DNA from: Octopus sinensis
Lineage: Eukaryota
DNA: 64,000 bases
Direction: 5' to 3'
Assembly: GCF_006345805.1 (NCBI RefSeq)
Contig: NC_043007.1
Location: 14,818,001-14,882,000, forward strand
Shown: piece after piece, positions 1 to 11,741 of the stretch
How positions within the stretch are numbered: the first letter of the stretch is position 1
Layout: the number at the start of each line of letters is the position of its first letter
Made by a program: the position numbers and the translations under genes
The notes under the pieces: model-generated
Told to the model about the DNA's origin: nothing
Seen by the model: the letters and a program-made list of their open reading frames with translations, nothing else
Database searches by the model: none

Positions 1-372
1 GGAGAGGGGAGGCTGGTATGCATGGGCGACTGCTGGTCTTCCATAAACAACCTTGCCCGGACTTGTGTCTAGGAGGGTAACTTTCTAGGTGCAATCCCAT
101 GGTCATTCATGACCGAAGGGGGTCTTTACCCTTTTTTTACATTTGTTATCCCAGCTTTTATGCTTTTGAAAAACCACAAGTTGAAATGACCAATCAAATT
201 CAGACATGCATCTGTCGATGTGAATTATATCATAATATAAATTATAAGTGTAACCTAAATTCTTATTCCATTCTGAATCACAACTGTCCAACGAATGGGA
301 ACGTGAAACTCTAAGTAGCAGTTTTTTGTGATATTTTTAATGATGTTTTTGCCGATTTAATTATAAAGCATA

Positions 373-771
373 TCTTTATATATAAAAGTCAAGTTGTGTG
401 TCTGTCTCCTACGATTTAGATTCCTAACTACTCCCACATTTTGCGGTGCAGTGTAACCAAAAGCGGGTATCTTATAGTTGTGATTCACATCGAGCCCTTC
501 TGGGTATTAGCACGCGTCTACGATGAGTCTACGATTTTAAAAATAAGTTACCATCATTTTTTTCCATTTTAATGCATTTTTTCGCTATTATATAAGGGAA
601 GTAACTCTCTAAAAATATCTACGATGAGTCGACGATTTAAAAAAAAATTCACCATAATTTTTTTTCCATTTTTAATGCATTTTTTTTGCTGTTTTTTGGC
701 TATAACTCTCTAAAAATGCTTATATAGTTATTTCCCTTACAAACCCGAGCAACGCCGGGTGATACTGCTAG
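373..771 (+). mobile_element. Non-autonomous Helitron
   Basis: 5' TC, 3' CTAG, subterminal hairpin cccgagcaacgccggg, inserted between A and T with no TSD. Confidence 0.85.
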
Positions 772-1454
772 TTATAAATATATTTCTTTATTGCCCACAG
801 GGGGCTAAACACAGAGGGGACAAACAAAGGGAGTAAATCGATTACATCGACCCTAGTGCATAACTGGTACTTATTTAATTGACCCTGAAAAGATGAGAGG
901 CAGAATTTGAACTCAGAACATAATGGCAGATGAAATACCGCTAAGCATTTCACCCGGTGTGCTAACGATTCTGCCAGTTCGCCGCCTTAATTATAAAGCA
1001 TATTATAAATATATTTCTTTATTGCCCACAGGGAGCTAAACACAGAGGGGACAAACAAAGGGAATAAGTCGATTACATCGACCCCAGTGCATAACTTCAG
1101 TGGAATTTGAACTCAGAGCATAATGGCAGGCGAAATACCACTAAGCATTTCACCTGGTGTGCTAACGATTCTGCCAGCTCACCACCTTAATTACAAAGCA
1201 TATTACTCTACCTCTGGTATTCGAGTACTATTTATTCTCACCTTGATTCACATTTATGTGCTTATTCTGGCGTGTATATATATATACTGGTGCAGGAGTG
1301 GCTGTGGTAAGTGGCTTGCTTACCAACAACATGGTTCTGGGTTCAGTCCCACTGCATGGCACCTTCGACAAGTGTCTTCTACTATAGCCTTGAACTGACC
1401 AAAGCCTTGTGAGTGGATTTGATAGATGAAAACTGAAAGAAGCCTGTTGTGTGT

Positions 1455-1845
<391 letters not shown>

Positions 1846-2814
1846 TATATTTAAGTATGTGCATCTTTGTGTCTCGGTGTTCGTCCACCCTACCCCTGCC
1901 ATCACTTTGATACCAATATTGGTATGTTTATGTCCCTGTAACCTAGTGGTTCAGTAAAAAAGACTGATAGAATAAGTACTAGGCTTACAGAGAGTAAGTC
2001 TGGGCCTGATACAATAGACGGATAGAAGCTGCTGGTGTCCTGCTGTAGAGGAGATACATGGCTACTCCTGTTGGAGAGAGAGAGAGAGAGGGAGAGGGAG
2101 AGAGAGGGAGAGAGAGAGAGGGAGAGAGAGAGAGAGTCAAAAAGATGTCTGACTCACTTTGCAGTCAATGATGAAGGCACACATTGAAACACACAAAAGT
2201 ATGTAAATGTAAGTTTTTGCTGTCTGCTGATCTTGTTTGTTTGTTTGTTGAGCAAAGCGGTCTTCGTCCCAGAGCTGGCAAGATCGCGCCTCAGGATTGT
2301 CTGTAGTGGGAGAAGTCCGAAACGTGGTCCTTTGCTATTTGTAAGACCCGCAGAAGATAAACCAGGTCAACCCCCAACACCGAGAGCATCGACGGATGGA
2401 TGAATGCGCATCCAGGCTCAGCTGTTGCATAGGACGTCAAGGACAAGAAACAGGAAGAAAGAGTGAGAGAAAGTTGGAGCGAAAGAGTACAACAGGGGTC
2501 GCCACGCCCCACCCCCTGCTGGAGCCTTGGGGAGCTTTAGGTGTTTTCGCTCAATAAACACACACAATGCCCGGTCTGGGGAATCGAAACCGCGAGCCTC
2601 TGACCGCGAGTCCGTTGCCCTAACAACTGGGCCATTGTGCCTCCTTCTGATCTTGCTGCAGCAGGATAGATTGTTGAAATTTTAAAAGTATGTTGTGAAG
2701 TGAAAGTGTATCAATGCCTGGTGAAGCAAGTCTCAACCAAACAACATGGAATATATACTCTAATGCAGTGCTACTCAAAGTGGTCGTCTGTGGGCTGGTG
2801 CATCATCATCATCA

Positions 2815-3190
2815 TCATTGTTCGACCGTGTTACGCCAGACTTCACGGTCCATCATAGCATTACAGAGGTCCTGTTGCTGAATGCCTGTATCCCTGGAGA
2901 TTACATCAGGGTAGGAGAGTGTGCACCCTCTGGTATCGCGAGCAGATGGCTTCCAGAGGAGAAGAGTAGAAATTGCCTCGTTTTCAGCTCTACAACAATG
3001 TCCAGCAAACTGGACTCTTGTACCTTTCACAAGAGATGATACAGGTGGTAGTTTCCCATATATTTGTACTTTGGTTGGATGATGCTTCCATGAGAGATTT
3101 TGAGCTCTCATAAGGAGGCGAGTGTAGGTTCCATCCAACCGCCTCTCAAGCTTCTTTGATAACGTCCAGTTCATGAGCTGTACATGAGCC
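2815..3190 (-). mobile_element. Non-LTR retrotransposon (RTE-like) C-terminal ORF fragment
   Basis: WTLSKKLERRLDGTYTRLLMRA...QFAGHCCR...MMDREVWR is a post-RT LINE motif set. Confidence 0.75.
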
Positions 3191-3895
3191 GTCAGCTGCC
3201 GGTACGCAGTGAGTTTCCAGAAAAGAAAGAAACATTATAAAATGCTTATGTGATATTGTATTATTTGTTTACAAAATAAATACAAGATGAAAAAATTGTC
3301 AACTTTTATCATCATCATCATCATCATCATCATCGTACAATGTCCGTTTTCCATGCTAGCATGGGTTGGACGGTTCGACTGGGGTCTGAGAAGCCAGGAG
3401 GCTGCACCATCTCCAATCTGATCTGGCAGTTTTTCTACAGCTTGATGCCCTTCCTAACGCCAACCACTTTGTGAGTGTAGTGGGTGCATTTTACATGCCA
3501 CCAGCACAGGAGCCAGGGGAGGCTGGCAAACGGCCACGATTGGTTGGTGCTTTTTATGAGGCACCGGCACAGGTGCCAGGGGGAGGCTGGCAACAGACAC
3601 GTTCGCATGGTGCTTTTTACGTGCCACCGGCGCGAGTGTCACAACTACAATTTACATATGATTCCATTTGATTATATTCATTATATATATTGTTTCCGGT
3701 ATAAATTAATATTACTAAGAAATATTATTGGTCCCAGAGGCACATTGGGAAAAAAACTGCTAGAATGCCACATCTGACAGTTTGAGAAACACTGACCAAA
3801 TGAAGAGAAAAAAAAAATTTCTCTTCTTCCCTTGTTTATCATTCCATTGATGTTCACCATTGATGTCAGCCTGAATTCTTCCTTTTTATTTACAG

Positions 3896-4034
3896 ATTGA
3901 GATGAGACACACATTGAGAGATCCGTTGGAAAATGTAAGCCATGTATCAATCAAATCTGTACCATTCGCTGTTTCCAAGGAAGGGTTTATTGGTAACTAT
4001 GAGCCTGCCCCTAGAGAAGCACTCGACAGACCTG
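3896..4034 (+). CDS. GALNT7: GALNT7-like, first visible coding exon (stem region; IEMRHTL...GFIGNYEPAPREALDRPG)
   Basis: tttacag acceptor and gtaag donor; 139 nt, phase 0 to 1; GNYEP...PG resembles the GALNT7 stem (GNFEP...PG). The upstream TM exon was not found in the window. Confidence 0.8.
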
Positions 4035-5004
4035 GTAAGAAATGACACAGTATATGTTTTGTTGTAAGGCGGCAAGCTGGCAAAAACATTAGCAAGGTGG
4101 TGAGCTGGCAGAAGCATTAGCACGCCGGGCAAAGTGCTTAGCGGTATTTTGTCTGCCACTATGTTCTGAGTTCGAATTCTGCCGAGGTCGACTTTGCCTT
4201 TCATCCTTTCGGGGTCAATTAAATGAGTACCAGTTGTGCACTGGGGTCGATATAAGTGACTTAATCCATTTGTCTGTCCTTGTTTGTCCCCTCTATGTTT
4301 AGCCCCTAGTGGGCAGTAAATAAATAAGAAACATTAGCATGCCAGGCAAAATGCTTAGCAGTATTTCATGGATCTTTACATTCTGTGTTCAAATTCTGCT
4401 GAGGTCGACTTTGCCTTTCATCCTTTCAGGGTTGATAATTTCAGTACCAGTTCTGTACTGGGGTTGATCTAATCGACTGGCCCCCATCCCCCAAAATTTT
4501 GGGCCTTGTGCCTAGAGTAGAAAAGAATATATGTTTTGTTGTAAGAGCAAAGTGAGGGAGCAAGTAAAAGAGAGAATGAGTAGGGGGAGGAAAAAGAGAG
4601 TGGAGTTATAAATAGTTAAAGCAGTTGATGGAAAACAGAGTAGAGTATACAGATAAACATTTGTGAATTCATGGCTGTTTTGTGCACCAGTTTTGCATAG
4701 CCCCAGCCCATCGAAAGTGCTCACCTTGGGTCATAGGGTGACCTGCTGTGTTTGAGGAGACCTATTGAGTCAAGTACTTCAACATCAAAATAAATATCAA
4801 ATGGAAATTGTAGATGTAATACCTGTGCCGGTGGCACGTAAAAAGCACCATCCAAATCGTGGCTGATGCCAGCCTCCCCTGGCACCTGTGCCGGTGGCAT
4901 GTAAAAAGCACCCACTACACTCACGGAGTTGTTGGTGTTAGGAAGGGCATCTAGCTGTAGAAAGACTGCCAGATCAGACTGGAGCCTGGTACAGCCTCCT
5001 GGCT

Positions 5005-5757
5005 GAAAAGTAACTTCTTATTTTAAAATACTTATAAATTATATATTAATTGCAATTTTTTACTAAAAAATGGATACAAGAGGGAAGTTTTTAGTATGAG
5101 GTTTTATTTAAAATTCGATATGGACTCCAGGTGTCACCACCAGCTTCTTGAGTTGTTCAGGAACTGTGTCAATTGATTTCATCAGAAAATCTTGTGAGAT
5201 GGAAGAAGACATGACTTCTCGTATTCGCTCTTCAAGTTCTTCCAAAGTCTTTGGTTTAGTGCAGTAGAACTGTTCCTTTAACCCTTTAGTGTTTAAACCG
5301 GCCATATCTGGCCCAGATATTCTACATGTTTTACATTCAAACGGGCGATATCTAGCCTCTCACACCTAACCTACATTGATATTCTAAAAACAAACAATCA
5401 CATCATTGAAACCTCAAAGCTATAAGATAATGTATGATTAATTCAAAACAATTTGAGTGAAAAATTATTACATTTAACAGAGTAATCTGAACACTAAAGG
5501 GTTAAGCAACCCCAGAGAAAGAAGCCACAAGGTGTTAAGTCAGGACTCCTGGCTAGCCAATAAAGCAGACCATGATGACCCAACCATCTCCCGGGGGGGG
5601 GGGAGTGGGCATTCAGCCATTCATGAACAACAACAGAAAATTACAGATTGAATTCTCTCTCTTCAAAAAACAAACACAAAAAAATCTGGGAAAAACTTAC
5701 AATTAATTAATAATTTATAAGTATTTTAAAATAGGGAGTTACTTTTCAATTACCCTG
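5005..5757 (-). mobile_element. Internally deleted Tc1/mariner (maT-like) element with transposase C-terminal remnant, interrupted by a MITE
   Basis: About 60-bp TIRs, right end ...ccctg|ta; WLARSPDLTPCGFFLWGCLKEQFYCTKPKTLEELEERI once the MITE is removed. Confidence 0.85.
5282..5501. mobile_element. piggyBac-like MITE (family 1)
   Basis: TIR ccctttagtgtt/aacactaaaggg with TTAA on both sides. Confidence 0.85.
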
Positions 5758-6816
5758 TATGTCTTTTATCTTTTACTTGTTTCAGTTATGGGACTGGCCA
5801 TACTGGAGTACCACCTTGAAGTATATTTTGGTCAATAAAATCATGAAATCAACTCCAGTACTTATATTTTTTTAAGCTTGAGACTTATTCTATCAGTCTT
5901 TATTGTTGTATTGGTACATCATGGGATCCGAAACAATCCAGACTCAGTTGTCAAATGGTGGTGGTGTGGTGGTGGTGGTGGTAGTGGTAGGACAAACACA
6001 AACACAAAGACACATAGAGATATCATCATCATCATCATCATCATCTTCATCTGTCAACTATCCCCCATTGACAGTTCACTCAGTTCTTAATTATTCTTTT
6101 CTACTCTAGGCACAAGGCACGAAATTTTTGGTAAGGGGGCCAATCGATAAGATCGACCCCAGTACGCAACTGGTACTTAATTCATCGACCCCGAAAGCAT
6201 GAAAGGCAAAGCCGACCTCCGGGGAAATTGAACTCAGAACGTAGAGACAGACGAAATACCGCTGAACATTATGCCCAGTGTGCTAACATTTCTTATTTCT
6301 TTATTGCCCACAGGGGACTAAACATAGAAAGGACAAACAAGGACAGACAAAGGGATTAAGTCAATTACATCGACCCCAGTGCGTAACTGGGACTTAATTT
6401 ATCGATCCCGAAAGATGAAAGGCAAAGTCGACCTCAGTGGAATTTGAACTCAGAATGTAAAGACAGATGAAATACTGCTAAGTATTTCGCTTGGCATGCT
6501 AATATTTCTGCCAGCTTGCCGCCTTTCAGTTCTTATTTATTGTAATCAGTAGTCCACCTTCAGTCACACAGGGGTGTTGAGGATTCTCTCATAACCTCTA
6601 GTGGCCAGGGTGTTGCACAAGATGGTGGTTTTGATTCCCAGACTGAGTGGTGCATAGTGTTCTTGTGTGAAACACTTCATTTCACACAGTTCTACTCTAC
6701 TTAGCTGCAAATAAGGGGAAATGTTGTGATCTCAGTTACTTATAAGCCAAGGAAACCAAATAAGCAGTGCCATGAGACCTTAGTCTTGGCATTATGGATG
6801 GAAGCACTCTGTCGGT

Positions 6817-7182
6817 TACGACGACGAGGGTTCTGGTTGATCTGAATCAACGGAACAGCCTGCTCATGAAATTAACACGCAAGTGGTTGAGCACTCCACA
6901 GACACGTGTACCCTTAACGTAGTTCTCGGGGATATTCAGCATGACACAGAGAGTGACAAGGCCGGTCCTTTGAAGTACAGGTACAACAGAAACAGGAAGT
7001 AAGAGTGAGAAAGTTGTGGTGAAAGAGTACAGCAGGGATCACCACCATTCCCTGCTGGAGCCTCGTGGAGCTTTTAGGTGTTTTCGCTCAATAAACACTC
7101 ACAACGCCCGGTCTGGGAATCGAAACCGCGATCCTATGACCGCGAGTCCGCTGCCCTAACCACTGGGCCATTGCGCCTCCAC
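6817..7182 (-). mobile_element. tRNA-derived SINE family C (other copies near 2245, 11986, 23185, 24412, 27567, 30287, 31935, 61570)
   Basis: ggaggcgcaatggcccagtgg A box and ggtttcgattcc B box. Confidence 0.8.
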
Positions 7183-7641
7183 TCTTGGCATTATACATAG
7201 CTTACTACTCACTTCAATCTGTGGAAAGTGAAAAATAGACTTTGTTTTGAAGTCAGTCTTTTCACTTCTGAATATGGAATTTTTTAAAATGTTTTTTTAG
7301 TTTCTTCAGAAGTTTAATTTAAAGATTATTCCATAATTTAAATATGGCTAACCCCCAAGGGTGGATGCTACTGTATTTTGTAGCCCCAGGAGGACACCTC
7401 TCTAAAGCCAGCTGGAGGAGGTGTCCTCCTGGGGCTACAAACTACAGTAGCATCCACCCTTGGGGGTTAGCCATATTTAAATGGCAAATATATGTCACGA
7501 TGTGTTGCAGCTACTGTTTATAACTCGCTCTGAGATTTATTATTCCATAATTTAATTTACCACAAAAAAAAACCCCCAAACATACAAAAAAAAACATTAA
7601 AAAAAAATCTCATCTGAATTGGTTATCTTCATCTTTGGTAG

Positions 7642-7780
7642 GTGACTACGGCAAACCGGTGATCGTGAGAGGAAAAGAAAGAGTTTTGGCTGAGAAATCT
7701 GTGGGAATTTATGGATACAACATAATTGCAAGTGACAAAATTGCAATGGACCGAATACCACCGGATTTTAGAATGACCGA
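7642..7780 (+). CDS. GALNT7: GALNT7-like exon (GDYGKPVIVRGKERVLAEKSVGIYGYNIIASDKIAMDRIPPDFRMTD)
   Basis: tag/gtaagt boundaries; phase 1 to 2; typical GalNAc-T G-x-x-G-K-P ... N-x-x-x-SDxIxxDR motif. Confidence 0.92.
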
Positions 7781-7789
7781 GTAAGTATC

Positions 7790-8410
7790 CCTCCTTATCT
7801 CCCTCCTCCTCCTCTTCCTCCTCTTTCTCCTCATCTCCCTTCTCCTCCTCATCCTCTCCCTCCTCATCTCCCTTCTCCTCCTCATCCTCTCCCTCCTCCT
7901 CCTCTCCCTCCTCATCTCCCTTCTCCTCCTCATCCTCTCCCTCCTCATCTCCCTCCTCATCTCCCTCCTCCCCCTCATCTCCCTCCTCATTTCCCTTCTC
8001 CTCCTCATCCTCTCCCTCCTCTCCTCATCTCCCTCCTCATCTCCCTCCTCATTTCCCTTCTCCCCCTCATCTCCTCCTCCTCATCTCCTTCTCCTCCTCC
8101 TCTCTCCCTCCTCCTCCTCATCTCCCTCCTCATCTCCTCTCATTTCCCTTCTCCCCCTCATCTCCCTCCTCATTCCCTTCTCCTCCTCATCCTCTCCCTC
8201 CTCCTCCTCATCTCTCCTCCTCATCTCCCTCCTCATCTCTCCTCCTCATCTCCCTCCTCATTTCCCTTCTCCCCCTCATCTCCCTCCTCATTTCCCTTCT
8301 CCTCCTCATCCTCTCCCTCCTCATCTCCCTCCTCCTCCTCCTCTCCCTTCTCCTCCTCCTCCTCTCCCTCCTCGTCTCCCTCCTCCTCCTCATCTCCCTT
8401 CTCCTCCTCA
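7790..8410. repeat. Compound (CTC/CTCATCTCC) pyrimidine-rich repeat
   Basis: Direct reading; almost no G on the plus strand. Confidence 0.9.
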
Positions 8411-8868
8411 TCTACCTCCCCTCACCCCTCGCCCCTCATCTCCCCCGCCTCCCCCCTCTCCTTCCCCATCATACCCCCTCCTCTTCTCCCCCACCCCTCC
8501 ACCCCACCACCACTTCACAAAGCTATTTGTTTACTATTCATCTGTATATATCATGAAGTACTGAAGAAAGACCTCGAGACACCGAGGCCAGATGACATCG
8601 GTCCGAGATGTCTGGCACCTTGCTATACTCAAGAAGACCTCTACTCTGTAGTAGAAATGTTAAGAACAGTCCCTCTGCTGGTGTAAATCATTAACGGAGG
8701 AGCCATGTAAAAGGGCCAGTGCAATGCCACATAAAAACACCCAACACACTCTGTAAAGTGGTTGGCGTTAGGAAGGGCACCCAGCTGTAGAAACCATACC
8801 AAATCAGACTGGAGTCTGGTGCAGCCCCCCAGCTTGCCAGCTCAGGTCACACTGTCCAATCCATGTCA

Positions 8869-9687
8869 GGGATCTTTTCCTTTTGAACGACAGTTTGTAA
8901 CATAATTTCTAGGTAGCTAAAAAGTTTTAAACTTCGTATGCTGGTAGAATGTGTTTATAAAACATCATTTTCTCTTGGCCTTATTGAGAAAATTCTATAG
9001 GTTGTAACATATTTCGTCTAAAATTTCTTGCATTTCGGCAATTTTAACCAATCAATTACCTCCATTGACGTAAATAACATTCTGTGCATAATGAATATGT
9101 CCCTCGTTTAAGAAATAGATTGGGTTTATTTACATTTGTGAAGAAAAAAGATACCCTTCCCCCACACCTAACCCTAACTCTAACCTTAAATCTAAAATAG
9201 ATTGAAATGCAATAGATCAATACTAGGGTTGTAATTATGGGTGACAATTTCATACGACACCGCTAAGTTTTTTATAGCGGTGTCGTATGAAATTGCCATC
9301 CATAATTATAACCCTAGTATTGATCTATTGCATTTCAATCTATTTTAGATTTAAGGTTAGAGTTAGGGTTAGTTAGGGTTAGGGTTAGGGGTGGGGGAAG
9401 GGTATCTTTTTTCTTCACAAATGTAAATAAACCCAATCTATTTGTTAAACGAGGGACATATTCATTATGCACAGAATGTTATTTATGTCAATGGAGGTAA
9501 TTGATTGGTTAAAATTGCCGAAATGCAAGAAATTTTAGACGAAATATGTTACAACCTATAGAATTTTCTCAATAAGGCCAAGAGAAAATGATGTTTTATA
9601 AACACATTCAACCAGCATACGAAGTTTAAAACTTTTTAGTTACCTAGAAATTATGTTACAAACTGCCGTTCAAAAGGAAAAGATCCC
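8869..9687. mobile_element. 819-bp foldback (palindromic) DNA element with 6-bp TSD and internal TTAGGG-like repeats
   Basis: Arms of about 400 bp, 9-nt loop at 9266-9274, termini gggatc/gatccc, atgtca on both flanks. Confidence 0.9.
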
Positions 9688-9727
9688 ATGTCAGTATGGA
9701 CAATGGATGTTAAATGATGATGATTAA

Positions 9728-10251
9728 CCCCTTGACGCCGGTATTACCCGAAGCATGCGAGACACTGCTCCGGTTTTTTTTAAATCTAATGAGGCCACGC
9801 AAACACACAAGTACCAACGAGCTCGCGTCTATTTACGTTCACCGTTACAATAACATAGCATCGTACATTTACGTCTACCAGTTTATGAAAACGAACTATG
9901 TGAAGCTTTCTATCATAATACGATATGCATGAGTTATTCTGCTCAAGTTCAGAAAATAGCTTGCGTGTGGTACAACCCAAAACACGGTATTATGCATGTA
10001 AAGTATCCGCATGTCATTGGTCTACTGCTAGTCCCATGACTCGAACGTAACCTAAAATAGCTAAGATAATGCAAGGGACGGCGAGTGCACGCACCTCAAG
10101 GGATAAAGTAAATGACAGCGAACGTAAACATACGTCAGCCGCTAAAAAATCCGTGATAGATGTAGGGCAGCTCTACATCGTATATTTACATTAACCGCAG
10201 GTAGGCAAGCAAAAGTGTGATCGCATATTTGCGTCAACCGTTGTCAAGGGG
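9728..10251. mobile_element. piggyBac-like non-autonomous element (family 3)
   Basis: TIR ccccttgac/gtcaagggg; TTAA TSD. Confidence 0.75.
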
Positions 10252-10718
10252 TTAATGATAAATCAAAGAAGGCAGAGATGGTATCAACGGTAAAGATCTG
10301 TAATTCAATACTTTACAATACTTTACTCGTCTGGCACCTGTGCCGGTGGCACGTAAAAAGCACCCACTACACTCAGAGTGGTTGGCGTTAGGAAGGGCAT
10401 CCAGCCGTAGAAACACTGTCAGATCAGACTGGAGCCTGGAGCAGCCTTCTGGCTTCCCAGACCCCAGTTGAACCGTCCAACCCATGCTAGCATGGAAAGC
10501 GGATGCTAAACGATGATGATGATGATGATGATGATTTCATTGAAAGCCCCACTGTCCCAATTTTAATTTAAATTCAATTGGGTTTTATTCTGTATTGTCC
10601 CTTACTACTCTCAATAAAATAAGTACCTGTAATAAACTTAGGTCAATTCAATAAAGTTTCACTTGCAATTTTCCATGTGTCTAATTGTAAAAAAAAAAAA
10701 ATCTATATTATTTTGCAG

Positions 10719-10891
10719 TTGTAAGTTTTGGCATTATCCCGAAGAATCAGAACTGCCATCAGCAAGTGTGGTTATAGCGTTCCGTGATGAAGGTTGGTCC
10801 ACACTTCTGAGGACCATCCATAGCGTTATTAATATGTCTCCGCCAGCTTTACTCAAAGAGGTCATCTTGATTGATGACGAAAGTAATAAAG
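10719..10891 (+). CDS. GALNT7: GALNT7-like exon, start of GT-A domain ([36 protein letters not shown]...[11 protein letters not shown])
   Basis: ttgcag/gtcag; phase 2 to 1; matches the GALNT7 pattern CKYWHY...[21 protein letters not shown]. Confidence 0.95.
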
Positions 10892-11708
10892 GTCAGCTTC
10901 TTGTATTTTGTGTATATGTATGTGTATGTATGTAATTACACACACATTCTGTATGTGTGTGTGTGTGTGTTAGTATGCATGCATGTATGTATGTTGTATG
11001 TATGTTTGTTTGTATGTATGTATGTAAGTATGTATGTATGTATGTATGTTTGTTTGTTTGTATGTATGTATGTATGTATGTATGCATGTATGTATGTATG
11101 TATGTATGTATGTATGTATGTATGTATGTATGTATGTATGTATGTATATATGTATGTCAGGTCACTTTCGAGTGCTACTGGTAACATGTAACCCAGTACA
11201 ACCTGTTGCATGGTCGGGTCGTCGGCAACTAAACCGGCAACCCCACCAAGCTTGCTTGGTGAGGAGGGTGTTTATTGGACACCCTGCAGGATGAAAAACA
11301 AAACCTGTTAAAGGGTGGACGAACACTTGAGTGTCAACGGCCATCCAATAAATGTCTTAAGACTGTATCAAGCACGGGGACATAGAAATAATCGGACTGA
11401 ATACCCGATTGCGCGGTTAAACCATTGGGAGTGAAGGACTCCTAGCCTCTGTTAGGGCATCCTTCTAGGAGAAGGTAACTCAGGTAACTGGGATAATTCC
11501 GACATAAAACCTGCGGCTCAGTGGTTACCGATGATGTTAACTTGTTCTTCTTTTCGGATTATGGCTGCTGTTGCTTAGTGAGTGAGATTGACTCCGTGCA
11601 CAGCCTTTCCTCACTTTAAAAGAAATCTTCTTGCACAGGCATTGCACGATAACAACATTGATTAAGCTTCGTGCAATGGCCATACTCGATAACGAGGGGG
11701 CAGCCACC

Positions 11709-11741
<33 letters not shown>

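Noticed and set aside
9160-9395. TTAGGG-like runs as a telomere (also 29685-29725)
   Set aside because: Short, degenerate and internal to repeat elements.
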